Assembly (NCBI GenBank): GCA_963827655.1
Contig: CAWHCF010000017.1
Coordinates: 1 to 64,000 of the forward strand
From: an uncultured Acidobacteriota bacterium
GTDB lineage: Bacteria > Acidobacteriota > UBA6911
Reading direction: 5' to 3'
Length of the DNA stretch: 64,000 nt
Positions 1 to 8,882 of the stretch are shown in pieces. Each line of letters opens with the position of its first letter. The first letter of the stretch is position 1. The notes beneath the pieces are model-generated. The model did no database searches. It had not been told where the DNA came from and worked only from the letters and a program-made list of their open reading frames with translations. The position numbers and the translations under genes are program-made.

Positions 1-1
1 T

Positions 2-421
2 CAACTGCTCCAGATTCCTCTGACGCGCGCGTGGCTGCGACCGGAGATTTTCTGGAGTCGCGGCTGGAAATGGGCGCCGACGGCGGGCTTCGGCCCGGTC
101 TCGAATGGCGGCAGTCCGCCGCAAGGCTTGATGCCGTTGTTCCCCACCGCCGTCATCCTCGCCCAGAATCTAGCCATCAATCTGGACATGACCAACGAGA
201 AGAACTCTTCGAGCTGGTCATCAATCAAAACCAGCGCATCGTTCGGCTGGGGGCCGTTCTCGATCAGCGGCAACTACAGCAGTTCGGATTCGCAATCGAA
301 GTCGGGCTACACGCAATCGAACAGCGGCATTAAGGTTCCGGGGCCGCAGATCATCGCCTACGTCTGTGAGGTGATACCGCAGTCGCCGAACCCCGATCCC
401 AAGCTCGACTGGCCGAAATAG
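2..421 (+). CDS. Uncharacterised protein, C-terminal part (5' truncated by window edge); paralog of 576..1705
   Basis: Frame 2 is open from base 2 (QLLQIPLTRAWLRPEIFWSRGWKW...SNGGSPPQGLMPLFPTAVILA...QIIAYVCEVIPQSPNPDPKLDW) and aligns by eye to the downstream gene. Confidence 0.8.
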   Translation, partial: QLLQIPLTRAWLRPEIFWSRGWKWAPTAGFGPVSNGGSPPQGLMPLFPTAVILAQNLAINLDMTNEKNSSSWSSIKTSASFGWGPFSISGNYSSSDSQSKSGYTQSNSGIKVPGPQIIAYVCEVIPQSPNPDPKLDWPK

Positions 422-458
422 GGCAGGGATTTTGTCTCGCACACGTAGTTTGAGAGTT

Positions 459-498
459 AGCCGTCCGGCGCGCGCCCACAGGGGCCCGCCGGACGGCT
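459..498 (+). terminator. GC-rich stem-loop, probable terminator or intergenic hairpin
   Basis: AGCCGTCCGGCG...CGCCGGACGGCT 12-bp perfect stem after the stop at 421; the U-tract is weak. Confidence 0.5.
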
Positions 499-575
499 CA
501 TTTCGTGCTAAATCGGAATTTGAAAGATGGAGAGACTTGAGGATTCACACGGCGTAAGTTCCGAAACCTTGAAGC

Positions 576-1705
576 ATGGCAATGGCTGAATCGAACTCGC
601 CCATCATAATTTATAGCGGAGGTATCCCGATTGCTCCGGCTGATCTGGATTTCGGCGGCAGCGTCACAAAGGCGCAAATCAACGCCCTGTCCAGTTTTTC
701 GCAGATGGTAAACGCCATTCCGGCGGAGGGGAATACGTGGGTGCCAACCGGCTCAGAGACATGGGACATCTATCAACTAGTGCTGACGATGGCCCAGTTT
801 GCCGAGACCGCGCAGGGCGTCGTCCCGTCTGCTGCGTCCTTCGCCACACGGCAGGTGGCTGTGGCTGAAAGCAACGCGAAGATCAATGTGGTCGAGCCGA
901 TTCCGCAGGCTACAGTCGACACTCCGTCTTCACTCGCGGCGCTCAATGAGAGCATCTCGCCGCTGCTTGAACAGGCGGGCTTTCAATTCAACCGCTCGCC
1001 GCTGCTTGAACAGGCGGGCTTTCAAGTCAACAGCTCCAGGCTCGCACCGATTCCTTTCGACGGCACGACAAGCCCTGCCGTGTCGCCGACGTTGTCCGGC
1101 ACACAGCCGACGGGACTGGCCGCGATGTTCCTGAAATTGCAGGCGCATCTCGTCACAGCCACGAGACCGACACGCTCGGTAACGCTTTCTATCCCACGCC
1201 GCTCTACCCTGCGAACTTTTACCAACCGCAGTATGACAGCAGCTGGAAACCGTTTACCATCACTCCCGGCCAAGGTGATTCATGGCTGCCCGTCAGCAAC
1301 GGAAGCGCAGTCACCGGCGAGATGACGACGATTCCGCTGCAACGCGCCTGGTGGAGCACTTGGATTTTCGCCAATCGCGGTTGGGAATTCAGCCCGTCTT
1401 CCGGGATGGGCCAACTCTCGGACGGCGGCAACCCGCCGCAAGGCATGATGCCCATGTATGCGAGTGCCGTGATCTTCGCGCGGAATATCAAGGTCTCTTC
1501 CCAGCAAGAAACGTTGACGCCAACGGCGGCGGCGGCTTCATTCACTTCACGCCACGCGGGCGCGGCTCAGGCGGCGCAAACTGCGGCGCGCGCACTCGCG
1601 CCTCAAAGTGAAGACGACCCGAGCTCCATGCTCATCATCGGTTTCGTTTGCACACCGCTGACGCAGTGCCCTAATCCCGATCCGACGCTTAATTGGGGAA
1701 GCTGA
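576..1705 (+). CDS. Uncharacterised protein with a frameshift near 1160; paralog of the upstream gene
   Basis: ORF 576..1325 switches near 1160 into the frame of 1322..1705 (ETDTLGNAFYPTPLYPANFY...IPLQRAWW...IIGFVC...PNPDPTLNW). Confidence 0.75.
956..1033 (+). repeat. 39-bp in-frame tandem duplication (SPLLEQAGFQ-x-N x2)
   Basis: ctcgccgctgcttgaacaggcgggctttcaa starts at both 956 and 995. Confidence 0.9.
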
Positions 1706-1758
1706 TAGGATTGCGGACAGACGACCGACAAGATCGCGGAGCTACTGAAGGACCGCAA

Positions 1759-1940
1759 GGGCTCGCGCAGAAATAACTTCACATTCTGGCGCGAAAGCCG
1801 GCGGTCAATCATGAACCGGTTTCTGTTCGCTAAGCACGCTGAGAATCGCGCCCCTTCGGGCTGCGGCCCGCAGGCCCGCTGGCTTTGTTGCTCGCTCCTC
1901 ACGTACCGCACCGGGTACGCATCGTCGCTCGCGCCTCGCT
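1759..1940 (-). mobile_element. MITE family copy (reverse orientation, composite, one TIR evident)
   Basis: GGGCTCGCGCAGAAATAACTTCACATTCTG TIR plus the core shared with 26195/36612/60836, and a second module shared with 48830-48880. Confidence 0.8.
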
Positions 1941-1963
1941 TGGCGGACCGCCTAAGCCGCCGC

Positions 1964-2530
1964 CTATCCTCGCACGTCGTAACGAAGCTCCACCATGCCG
2001 CTCTCGTAGGCTTTGACCTCCGCCAAATGGAGGGCGATGTCTCTGTCGAGTCTCTCGAAGAAAGGGATCCCATCACCAATCAGGATCGGCAGGATCGAAT
2101 AACGAACTTCGTCGGCTAGCCCGAGACGAAGGCACTCGGCGGAGACTACACCGCCTCCAACAAACCAGATGCTACGGAACGTGGGCCGCAGGCGCCCATT
2201 CACGAATTGCGCGAGATCGCCTGAGTAGAACTCGACGGTATCCCGGATCCGAGGCAGCTCGCGACGAGTGAGGACGAAGGTGGGTTTGTCGCCGTACGAC
2301 CACCCCAACCCTTTGGCCTCAAAATTCAACGCGGTCTCATATGTTCGCGATCCCATGACGTAGCAGTCGATCGTCTTGAGGAACGCCTCGACGAATCCTG
2401 GGTCCATGGTCTCCCCGCCTACGAATTCGTCTGAGGTTTCGAGCCAGTCGACGCTCCCGTCCTTTCGAGCGATGAAGCCGTCGAGGCTCGCCGCCATGTG
2501 GATCGTTACGTGAGAATCAGTGTTTGCCAT
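1964..2530 (-). CDS. Dihydrofolate reductase / RibD C-terminal domain family protein
   Basis: MAASLDGFIA...VMGSRTYE...IWFVGGG...DEVRYSILPILIGDGIPFF motifs. Confidence 0.9.
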   Translation of the reverse strand: MANTDSHVTIHMAASLDGFIARKDGSVDWLETSDEFVGGETMDPGFVEAFLKTIDCYVMGSRTYETALNFEAKGLGWSYGDKPTFVLTRRELPRIRDTVEFYSGDLAQFVNGRLRPTFRSIWFVGGGVVSAECLRLGLADEVRYSILPILIGDGIPFFERLDRDIALHLAEVKAYESGMVELRYDVRG

Positions 2531-2744
2531 CGTTTCGCCCTGACATTGCGAACCGGATCCCAACAGCTTGGATGGACTGTTGCACACACTGCAAATTCGA
2601 TTCACCGGAGCTAAGGAGCACTATTTGCCTCGCGGACTCGGCAAGTTCCAAGGGGACAGCCGCCTCCTTTGCGAGGAGCATCCCGTCGTAACATCCGAAT
2701 AGATGCATCGAAAGGGTGACAATTCTCTCCGCCTCCTCATCGGA

Positions 2745-2764
2745 CGCACCCTGGGCGCACCCTG
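2745..2764. promoter_or_regulatory. Putative integrase arm-type site (direct repeat near the tRNA 3' end)
   Basis: CGCACCCTG twice with 11-bp period, about 65 bp from the tRNA CCA end. Confidence 0.35.
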
Positions 2765-2828
2765 CGGTTGAGCCATCGTGCAGATCTACCCAGTTACTAC
2801 GACATGTTATTGGATAATTTGGGGTTAA

Positions 2829-2905
<77 letters not shown>

Positions 2906-2923
2906 GCTGGTCGGAAACGCGAA

Positions 2924-2952
2924 ATCATAACCCATCGAATTACACCGCGCAA
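2924..2952 (-). promoter_or_regulatory. sigma70-type promoter for tRNA-Asp
   Basis: TTGCGC-17 bp-TATGAT on the minus strand just upstream of the tRNA. Confidence 0.55.
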
Positions 2953-3152
2953 ATTCTATTTTGCCCGGCCCCCGTCCCCTTGCCTAAATCGCGTCTTCGC
3001 ATCGGCTTCTGCTTTTCCCATCAGCACCCTCCAGGCTAAAGTCGCGAAAATAAAAAGATATGAACCTTCGGCACCCCCGGAAGCATCTAGGAGTCGTTGG
3101 CGCTAGATGTGTCTCGAAAAGGTGTTACAATGCAGCGCCGACGAGGTTCGCA

Positions 3153-3824
3153 ATGATTCGGTTTACCAGATTGATTATCGCCCTCGCACTCTTGGCCTGT
3201 CTCCTGAGCGGGTCTCCGGCCATCGCTCAGAAGCCAGGCGAGGTGACGCTTCCGGAAGGAACTCGAATTGCCCTGCATCTCAACGATCATCTGAGCACCA
3301 AGCAGAACAGTGAAGGGAATGCTTTCACCGCCACGCTGACGGCCCCGTTGAGCCAGGGAGATCGAGAGGTCCTCCGCAAGGGTAGTGTCGTGACCGCCAG
3401 TGTCTCTCGCGTCGTCCGGCCCGGTAGATTCCGCGGAAAGGCGATGATGACCGTCATGTTTCACTCCATACGGATCCCGGGAAGAAGGGAACTGCCGCTC
3501 GCAGCCTCTCTCGTGAGTATCGATGCGGAAGGGAACGTTAGCGTCAAGTCGGAGGGGAGCATCGAGGGGGATGGGTCCAAGGGCAAAGATACTGCACGTG
3601 TCGCTCAGTCCGGAGCCGGCGGGGCCGGAATTGGCGCCCTGGCAGGAGGAGGCAAAGGCGCGGCAATAGGAACCGGCGTCGGCGCCGTCATTGGAATTGC
3701 CACGATCTTTGCTACCCGCGGGCACGATCTCGAGATTCGCCCTGGTTCAACCCTGAATATCGTTCTCGATCGACCGCTTGTCGTCCCGCTCGAGTCTGAG
3801 TCGAGTCTCGTCAAACAACATTAG
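3153..3824 (+). CDS. Secreted TrbI/VirB10-like beta-domain protein with glycine zipper
   Basis: Signal peptide; LPEGTRIALHL...LSTK; GAGGAGIGALAGGGKGAAIG zipper; resembles the N-terminus of 53046..54857. Confidence 0.75.
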   Translation: MIRFTRLIIALALLACLLSGSPAIAQKPGEVTLPEGTRIALHLNDHLSTKQNSEGNAFTATLTAPLSQGDREVLRKGSVVTASVSRVVRPGRFRGKAMMTVMFHSIRIPGRRELPLAASLVSIDAEGNVSVKSEGSIEGDGSKGKDTARVAQSGAGGAGIGALAGGGKGAAIGTGVGAVIGIATIFATRGHDLEIRPGSTLNIVLDRPLVVPLESESSLVKQH

Positions 3825-3838
3825 ATCGCGCGAAATTC

Positions 3839-3914
3839 GGTGACAGGCACCAAATTGCGTGGCCAAGCACCAGTCTTTGGTCTCTCTTAATCACGCAATT
3901 TGGAGCCTGTCACC
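3839..3914. repeat. REP-like 76-bp palindromic element, copy 1
   Basis: GGTGACAGGCACCAAATTGCGTG...CACGCAATTTGGAGCCTGTCACC; second copy at 46007..46082. Confidence 0.85.
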
Positions 3915-3928
3915 TGCGAATTGGCGTG

Positions 3929-4670
3929 CTAGGCAATCTCGTCGAAACTTCGAATAGTCCGATGAGGGCCGGCAGGCGGCGGCGACCTCGCCTCGAACAC
4001 AAAGGGCGGTCTCCAAGCCGGCCGACCGTGCGGCATCCAGCTCCGAAACGACATCCGATACAAACAGCATCTCTTCCGGAGACCGGGCGCACGCAAGCGC
4101 GATCTTCCGGTAACTCTCGGGTTCGGCCTTGGGCCCGGTCGTGGTATCGAAGTACTTCCAGATGAAGGGCGTCAGATCGCCTTCCGTCGAACTTGAAAAA
4201 AGCAGTCTTTGAGCCAGAACGCTGCCCGAGGAGAAAATGCAGATGGTTCGGTTCCGGTCGCGCCAGCGGACAAAAGCGGACGGCACATCCGGGAAAACTT
4301 CGCCGCGCAACTCTCCTGTTTCATAACCCGCCTGCCAGATCTTTCCCTGGATCGATTTCAATCCAGTCGATTTTCGATCCTGGTCCATCAACCAATGAAC
4401 GTAGGCAACAACCGAATCAGCCTTTCGATCCTCGCGCCAGGCAGGCGGCTGGCAGTCCCGGCGCAGGTCTGCGCTGTGCTCCTCGGCGAGTCGCGTGATA
4501 TCGGACGAGAGAGCCTCAGAACGCCAGTTGCGACGGACGAAATCTTCGACCCGCATTCGAGCGTAAGGAAAGAGGACTTTGTAGACGAAATCAACCGGCG
4601 TGGTAGTGCCTTCGATGTCCAGGAGGATCGATCGGACCTGGGTGTCTGTGGAGGTTGGCTCAGACCTCAT
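3929..4670 (-). CDS. mtnC: Enolase-phosphatase E1 (acireductone synthase), probable frameshift near 3985
   Basis: [35 protein letters not shown]; a canonical-looking C-terminus [11 protein letters not shown] lies in another frame ending at 3929. Confidence 0.9.
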
Positions 4671-5221
4671 GGAGCCGGAGCCATATAGGCCGGCCCGAAG
4701 CACACGGGCTGGTATTTCTGATTGACGCCGCTATCGGTATAACGGGGAGCCCACCCCGCCGGGTCCTGGAACAGGCGAATGGCTCGAATGCGGCGATCCC
4801 CACAAAGATCGAACCAGTGCCAGGTCCCGCGAGGGACTCGGATCAAATCGCCCGGTTCAACTTCGATGGCGATCACCTGGTTATGAGTGTGAATGTGAAA
4901 CAACCCTCGCCCGTCAATGATGAAGCGCACTTCGTCATCGTCATGCCAGTGCTCTCGATTGAACTTCGCGAGCATCTGGTCCAGATTCGGCGTTCCGGGA
5001 TTCACGTCAATCACGTCGGCCGTCACATAGCCGCCGCGTGCTTTGAGCCGTTCTATTTCAGGAGTATAAGCACGCAGAATCTCTTCCGCCGGGGCGTCCG
5101 CAGCCACCGGATGCGCGGGTTCCCATCGCTCGTAATCGATCCCGATCGCTTCCAGATGACGCGTGATAGCCGCAGGATCCCGGAGAGTGCCGGCATTCGT
5201 GAAGGTCTTTACAATGGCCAT
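4667..5221 (-). CDS. mtnD: Acireductone dioxygenase (cupin)
   Basis: [11 protein letters not shown]...[14 protein letters not shown]; its stop overlaps the mtnC start. Confidence 0.93.
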   Translation of the reverse strand: MAIVKTFTNAGTLRDPAAITRHLEAIGIDYERWEPAHPVAADAPAEEILRAYTPEIERLKARGGYVTADVIDVNPGTPNLDQMLAKFNREHWHDDDEVRFIIDGRGLFHIHTHNQVIAIEVEPGDLIRVPRGTWHWFDLCGDRRIRAIRLFQDPAGWAPRYTDSGVNQKYQPVCFGPAYMAPAP

Positions 5222-5245
5222 CTCATTACCTCCCTGATGAGGGCG

Positions 5246-5950
5246 CTATGAACTGGGCGGTTTGGAGACCCGAGCCGCGGCGCAATACCTCCGGCCCTCC
5301 ACTTCCAGCAGGAACTCGAGGATTTCCAGATGGCGCTTGGCCTGGGCCAAATCCTCTCCCCAGGTATAGAGGCCGTGACCGCGCAGAAGATAGCCGTGCG
5401 TGGTGGGGTGGTCCCGGAGGATGGTTTCAACAGAACGGGCCAGGGCTGGAACGTCCTGAGAGTTTTCGAGGATGGGGAGCCGCTCCCGGTGATGATGGCT
5501 GCGCACACCGTTCAGCCCCTTCAGCATTTCGTACCCCTCGATGATAAGGGCGCCTTCAGCAGCGTAGGCTTCTGAAAGAATCGTGCTCCAGATCGAATGG
5601 GTGTGCAGCACAGCCTTTGCCCCGAGAACCCTCACCACGGTCAGGTGAAGTCCCGCCTCGTCGGAAGGGCGCGCGGACCCCACGACGGTCTTGCCGGCGG
5701 TATCGATCTGCACAATCTGGTCGGCGCTAAGCAGCGCCTTATCGGCGCCGGTGGGAGTAATGGCCAGGCGCAGCGGATTCTGGGTCAGCACAACGCTGAG
5801 GTTTCCGCTCGTCCCGAGAACCCAGCCACGGTTGTACAGGGTGCGCCCCAGTTCAGCCAGGAGTGTCGCAGCCTGGGCGAAGTCTATGATCTCGTCCCGC
5901 CCGGGTATCGGCTCGGTTTGAAGTATTCTTTCACCCTCTGGTTTTACCAT
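5246..5950 (-). CDS. mtnB: Methylthioribulose-1-phosphate dehydratase
   Basis: GWVLGTSGNLS, PSDEAGLH, VLHTHS, GHGLYTWG class II aldolase motifs; operon with mtnDC. Confidence 0.92.
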   Translation of the reverse strand: MVKPEGERILQTEPIPGRDEIIDFAQAATLLAELGRTLYNRGWVLGTSGNLSVVLTQNPLRLAITPTGADKALLSADQIVQIDTAGKTVVGSARPSDEAGLHLTVVRVLGAKAVLHTHSIWSTILSEAYAAEGALIIEGYEMLKGLNGVRSHHHRERLPILENSQDVPALARSVETILRDHPTTHGYLLRGHGLYTWGEDLAQAKRHLEILEFLLEVEGRRYCAAARVSKPPSS

Positions 5951-6011
5951 GGCCCGTGAGCTCCGGAGGAGCAAGCGGTATCTTAGGCCCAAAGGTGCTA
6001 CGTGGTCAATC

Positions 6012-6064
6012 GATTGACGATTGACGATTGACGATTTTACGATTGACGATTGACGATTGACGAC
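6012..6064. repeat. (GATTGAC)n heptamer tandem repeat
   Basis: About 7 units, one imperfect, upstream of mtnB. Confidence 0.9.
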
Positions 6065-6187
6065 AAGATTGCCAGCTCGCCAAACCAGGGATTCCGATCG
6101 CATACAGGCAGGAGTGCTCAAGCTCCGTAAGGTCCTCACCGGCAACTGGGCCCGAAGTTTGGCCGAATTCGCAGGTTGGAAGACCGG

Positions 6188-7072
6188 CTAGCGTCGCAGG
6201 CGTCTCCGGATGTCGGGCCAGAATTCCTCAAAGATCTTGTTGGCGACATCCCAGCCTAGCGAAATGGCTCCATTGGTGAGACCATTCTTGACGGTTCTGC
6301 TTTCTTCCGGCTGCCAAGTTCTCGAAATGAGGGCTCCTCCAAACACACCCATAAGACGCGAATAAGCCAGGCGGCTTCCGCCGTCGTCTTTACGCGTGAT
6401 GAAGCCGTGCGCCACCGCGTAAGACGCTCTCGGCCAGAATCCCGTTCGCTGGGAAGGGAAGTAGCGAGGGTCTTCGTGCAGCCATACCCCGGCCCCAAAT
6501 TGAATAGTCCGCCTGATCGAATGATGAGCGAATTTGGACGCGAATCGGCGGCCGTAGCCTTCCATTCCCTGACCCCATTCCGTCGGGTCATCCCGCCATT
6601 GATTGATGCCGGCGAGGAAAAGCGACCGCCCTATGGCAATAGGTCCATAAGTTTTACGGAGGTAATAGTCGAATTTCTGTTGCGGGGTAAGCGGACTGAA
6701 TGAAAATGGTTGAGTTACCGGAACTGCGGGACCGTTATTCGGCGAGGCCGCCGCCGGGTCTTGAGTGCCAAGCTGTCCCCTGCCGTTGGTGCCCGCTACG
6801 AAATGGGACCGCTTCGCGGCAACGGGTCCGTATGCTCCACTCAGGTGAAGGTGGAATTTCTCTTTGGGAGCAAATGGACTGAACGAAAATGTTTCAACGG
6901 CTGGAATTGCGGAAGCCGGAGTCTGCAGACCCGCGGCCGGGTCTTGAGCGCTGAGATCTCCGCTCAGCAAGAACAGAAAGCAACAAAACACCGGAAGTGA
7001 AAAACTCGCCGGAGCACCCAGGCCGAGGTTCTGCCATTTCAATAAAGACTGACACTTTCCACGTCCTCTCAT
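6188..7072 (-). CDS. Conserved hypothetical exported/membrane protein with a duplicated N-terminal segment
   Basis: Signal-like hydrophobic stretch; LTPQQKF...WGQGMEGYGRRF...LHEDPRYF...FEEFWPDI pattern; start uncertain. Confidence 0.7.
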   Translation of the reverse strand: MRGRGKCQSLLKWQNLGLGAPASFSLPVFCCFLFLLSGDLSAQDPAAGLQTPASAIPAVETFSFSPFAPKEKFHLHLSGAYGPVAAKRSHFVAGTNGRGQLGTQDPAAASPNNGPAVPVTQPFSFSPLTPQQKFDYYLRKTYGPIAIGRSLFLAGINQWRDDPTEWGQGMEGYGRRFASKFAHHSIRRTIQFGAGVWLHEDPRYFPSQRTGFWPRASYAVAHGFITRKDDGGSRLAYSRLMGVFGGALISRTWQPEESRTVKNGLTNGAISLGWDVANKIFEEFWPDIRRRLRR

Positions 7073-7334
7073 TCAACAGCAAAAGAACACCGCTCCGCAC
7101 AGACCGAACGCAAAGATCGTGCCAATTTCTAAACTGCCGCATCTACTTTGCCGGCCACGGATTACTGGCTCTCTTCGTCGGGCGACTGGGAGGGTTCGGT
7201 GAAATCTTACCCGATCGGCCTCGCATTCCTCAATGCAGCCGAAGTGCTCTTAGCGTTTCTTTGCGGCTTCGTGTCTCAGCGGTAAGCGCGTGAAAACAAG
7301 CCCTCGCTAAGAGGCAAAAGGACGCAAAGAAGTT

Positions 7335-8783
7335 TCAAACTTCCTTGATCGACTCTCGAAGATCTTCCAGGGCGGCCTCTACCCGGTCCAGGTGAGTTCG
7401 AAAGGACAAGACGCAGACGCGCAAGACGAATCGGTTGAACAGCGTTGTTCCTGAAAGATAAACTCTCTTCTTCGCATTGACATGCTGGAGAAGCCGGCGG
7501 TTCAGCTCATTCAACGTCTCCTCGCTCAGCCCGGGACGGACCAGGCGGAAGGCGACTATCGTGAGTTGGGGCGCGGCCACAATCTCGATTTCAGGGAGTT
7601 TGAGCAGTTCGCTCGTCACCCACTGGATCAAATCCAGTTTTTCATCGAGATTCTCGCGGAAAGGCTCTATGCCGTGCATCTTGAACGGGAGCCAGACCCG
7701 CAAGCCGCGGAACCCCCTGGATAGCTCCGGCGAATAGAGACAAAAATCCACCAGGTCGGGATCATCCTGCATCGCGGGAAGGTAACGCGCATGGGCGGCG
7801 TGGGCTTGCCTCAGACATTCACCCTCCCGGACCAGAAGGGCGCCCGTCCCGTAGGGCAAGAAAAGGGCTTTGTGGGGATCCAGTGTAACGGAATCGGCGC
7901 GCTCCATACCACGCAGAGCGGTCCGGCCGCGCTCCGTGAGCACGAAAAAGCCGCCGTAGGCGGCGTCAACGTGAAACCAGAGATTCTTTTCGGCCGCGAT
8001 CTCGGCCAGAGCTTCGAGATCATCCACGGCGCCCGTGTTCACAGTGCCGGCGTTCCCTACAATCATGAAAGGTGAAAGACCCCGGTCGCGATCGCGATCG
8101 ATAGTCTGGACGAGAAGGTCGGTGCGGACGCGAAATCGCTCGTCCGAGGGAATCTCATGGAAGTTCTCTTCAGGAAAACCGGCCATCACGGCTGCTTTCG
8201 CCATCGAATAGTGCACCTGATCCGAGCCGTACAGAACTCCGGTCAGGAAGTTCGCCGGGAGGCGAGTTCTACGAGCCGTAACTACGGCCGTGAAGTTCGC
8301 CATTGAGCCTCCCGTAGTGAGTATCCCGCGGGCTTCACGCGGGTAACCCACGAAGTCGCAAAACCAGCGAACCACATTGGCCTCCAGTTGCGACACCCCG
8401 GGCGCCGCGATCCACACCCCCGGGTAGCGATTGACAGAATCGGAGATCAGGTCGGCCACGGCGGAGTGAAAGATTCCTCCGCCGGGAATGTAAGCCAGAT
8501 ATCCAGGCCCGGCGGTATTGAAACTTTTGGGAAATACCTTCTCGAAAAGCAAGTCGAGCAAAACGGGGAAAGGAGTGCCGCGCCTGGGAGCTTCTTCTAC
8601 CAACGACTGGGTCAGCTCCCTCGCCCCGCTTACATCGGAGGCGGGTTGCCAGGGGAGTGATTCTATGTAAGCCGCGATCCGCTCCATGGCCTGGTCGACC
8701 AGAGAGTGCATCGTTTCAGACGACAACTCGAGTTCTGCCGTCGATCGAGTTGCCGCTCTGTCGCTGGATGTAATCAAAAACAA
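7335..8783 (-). CDS. PLP-dependent group II (aromatic L-amino acid-type) decarboxylase
   Basis: LTTGGSMAN, AGTVNTGAVDDL, WFHVDAAYGG, DSVTLDPHK (PLP lysine). Confidence 0.92.
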   Translation of the reverse strand: MFLITSSDRAATRSTAELELSSETMHSLVDQAMERIAAYIESLPWQPASDVSGARELTQSLVEEAPRRGTPFPVLLDLLFEKVFPKSFNTAGPGYLAYIPGGGIFHSAVADLISDSVNRYPGVWIAAPGVSQLEANVVRWFCDFVGYPREARGILTTGGSMANFTAVVTARRTRLPANFLTGVLYGSDQVHYSMAKAAVMAGFPEENFHEIPSDERFRVRTDLLVQTIDRDRDRGLSPFMIVGNAGTVNTGAVDDLEALAEIAAEKNLWFHVDAAYGGFFVLTERGRTALRGMERADSVTLDPHKALFLPYGTGALLVREGECLRQAHAAHARYLPAMQDDPDLVDFCLYSPELSRGFRGLRVWLPFKMHGIEPFRENLDEKLDLIQWVTSELLKLPEIEIVAAPQLTIVAFRLVRPGLSEETLNELNRRLLQHVNAKKRVYLSGTTLFNRFVLRVCVLSFRTHLDRVEAALEDLRESIKEV

Positions 8784-8882
8784 ACCTCACACAAGCTATC
8801 GGCTAGAATAACACAACCACGAAGGCGGAAAGACAAAGAACGGAGCTAGAGCGACGACCCAGACGAGATTCTTATCCAAGCG

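Noticed and set aside
1-13. 13-bp match TCAACTGCTCCAG with about 39607 as a possible att repeat
   Set aside because: Short, one copy lies inside a CDS, and it is compatible with chance.
422-500. Integron attC site (GTTAGCC at 456)
   Set aside because: No matching RYYYAAC inverse core after the stop codon; a simple hairpin explains the structure.
5951-6187. SAM riboswitch upstream of mtnBDC
   Set aside because: No SAM-I consensus (ATC..GAG / GGCAACC / GTGC / GAT) recognised.
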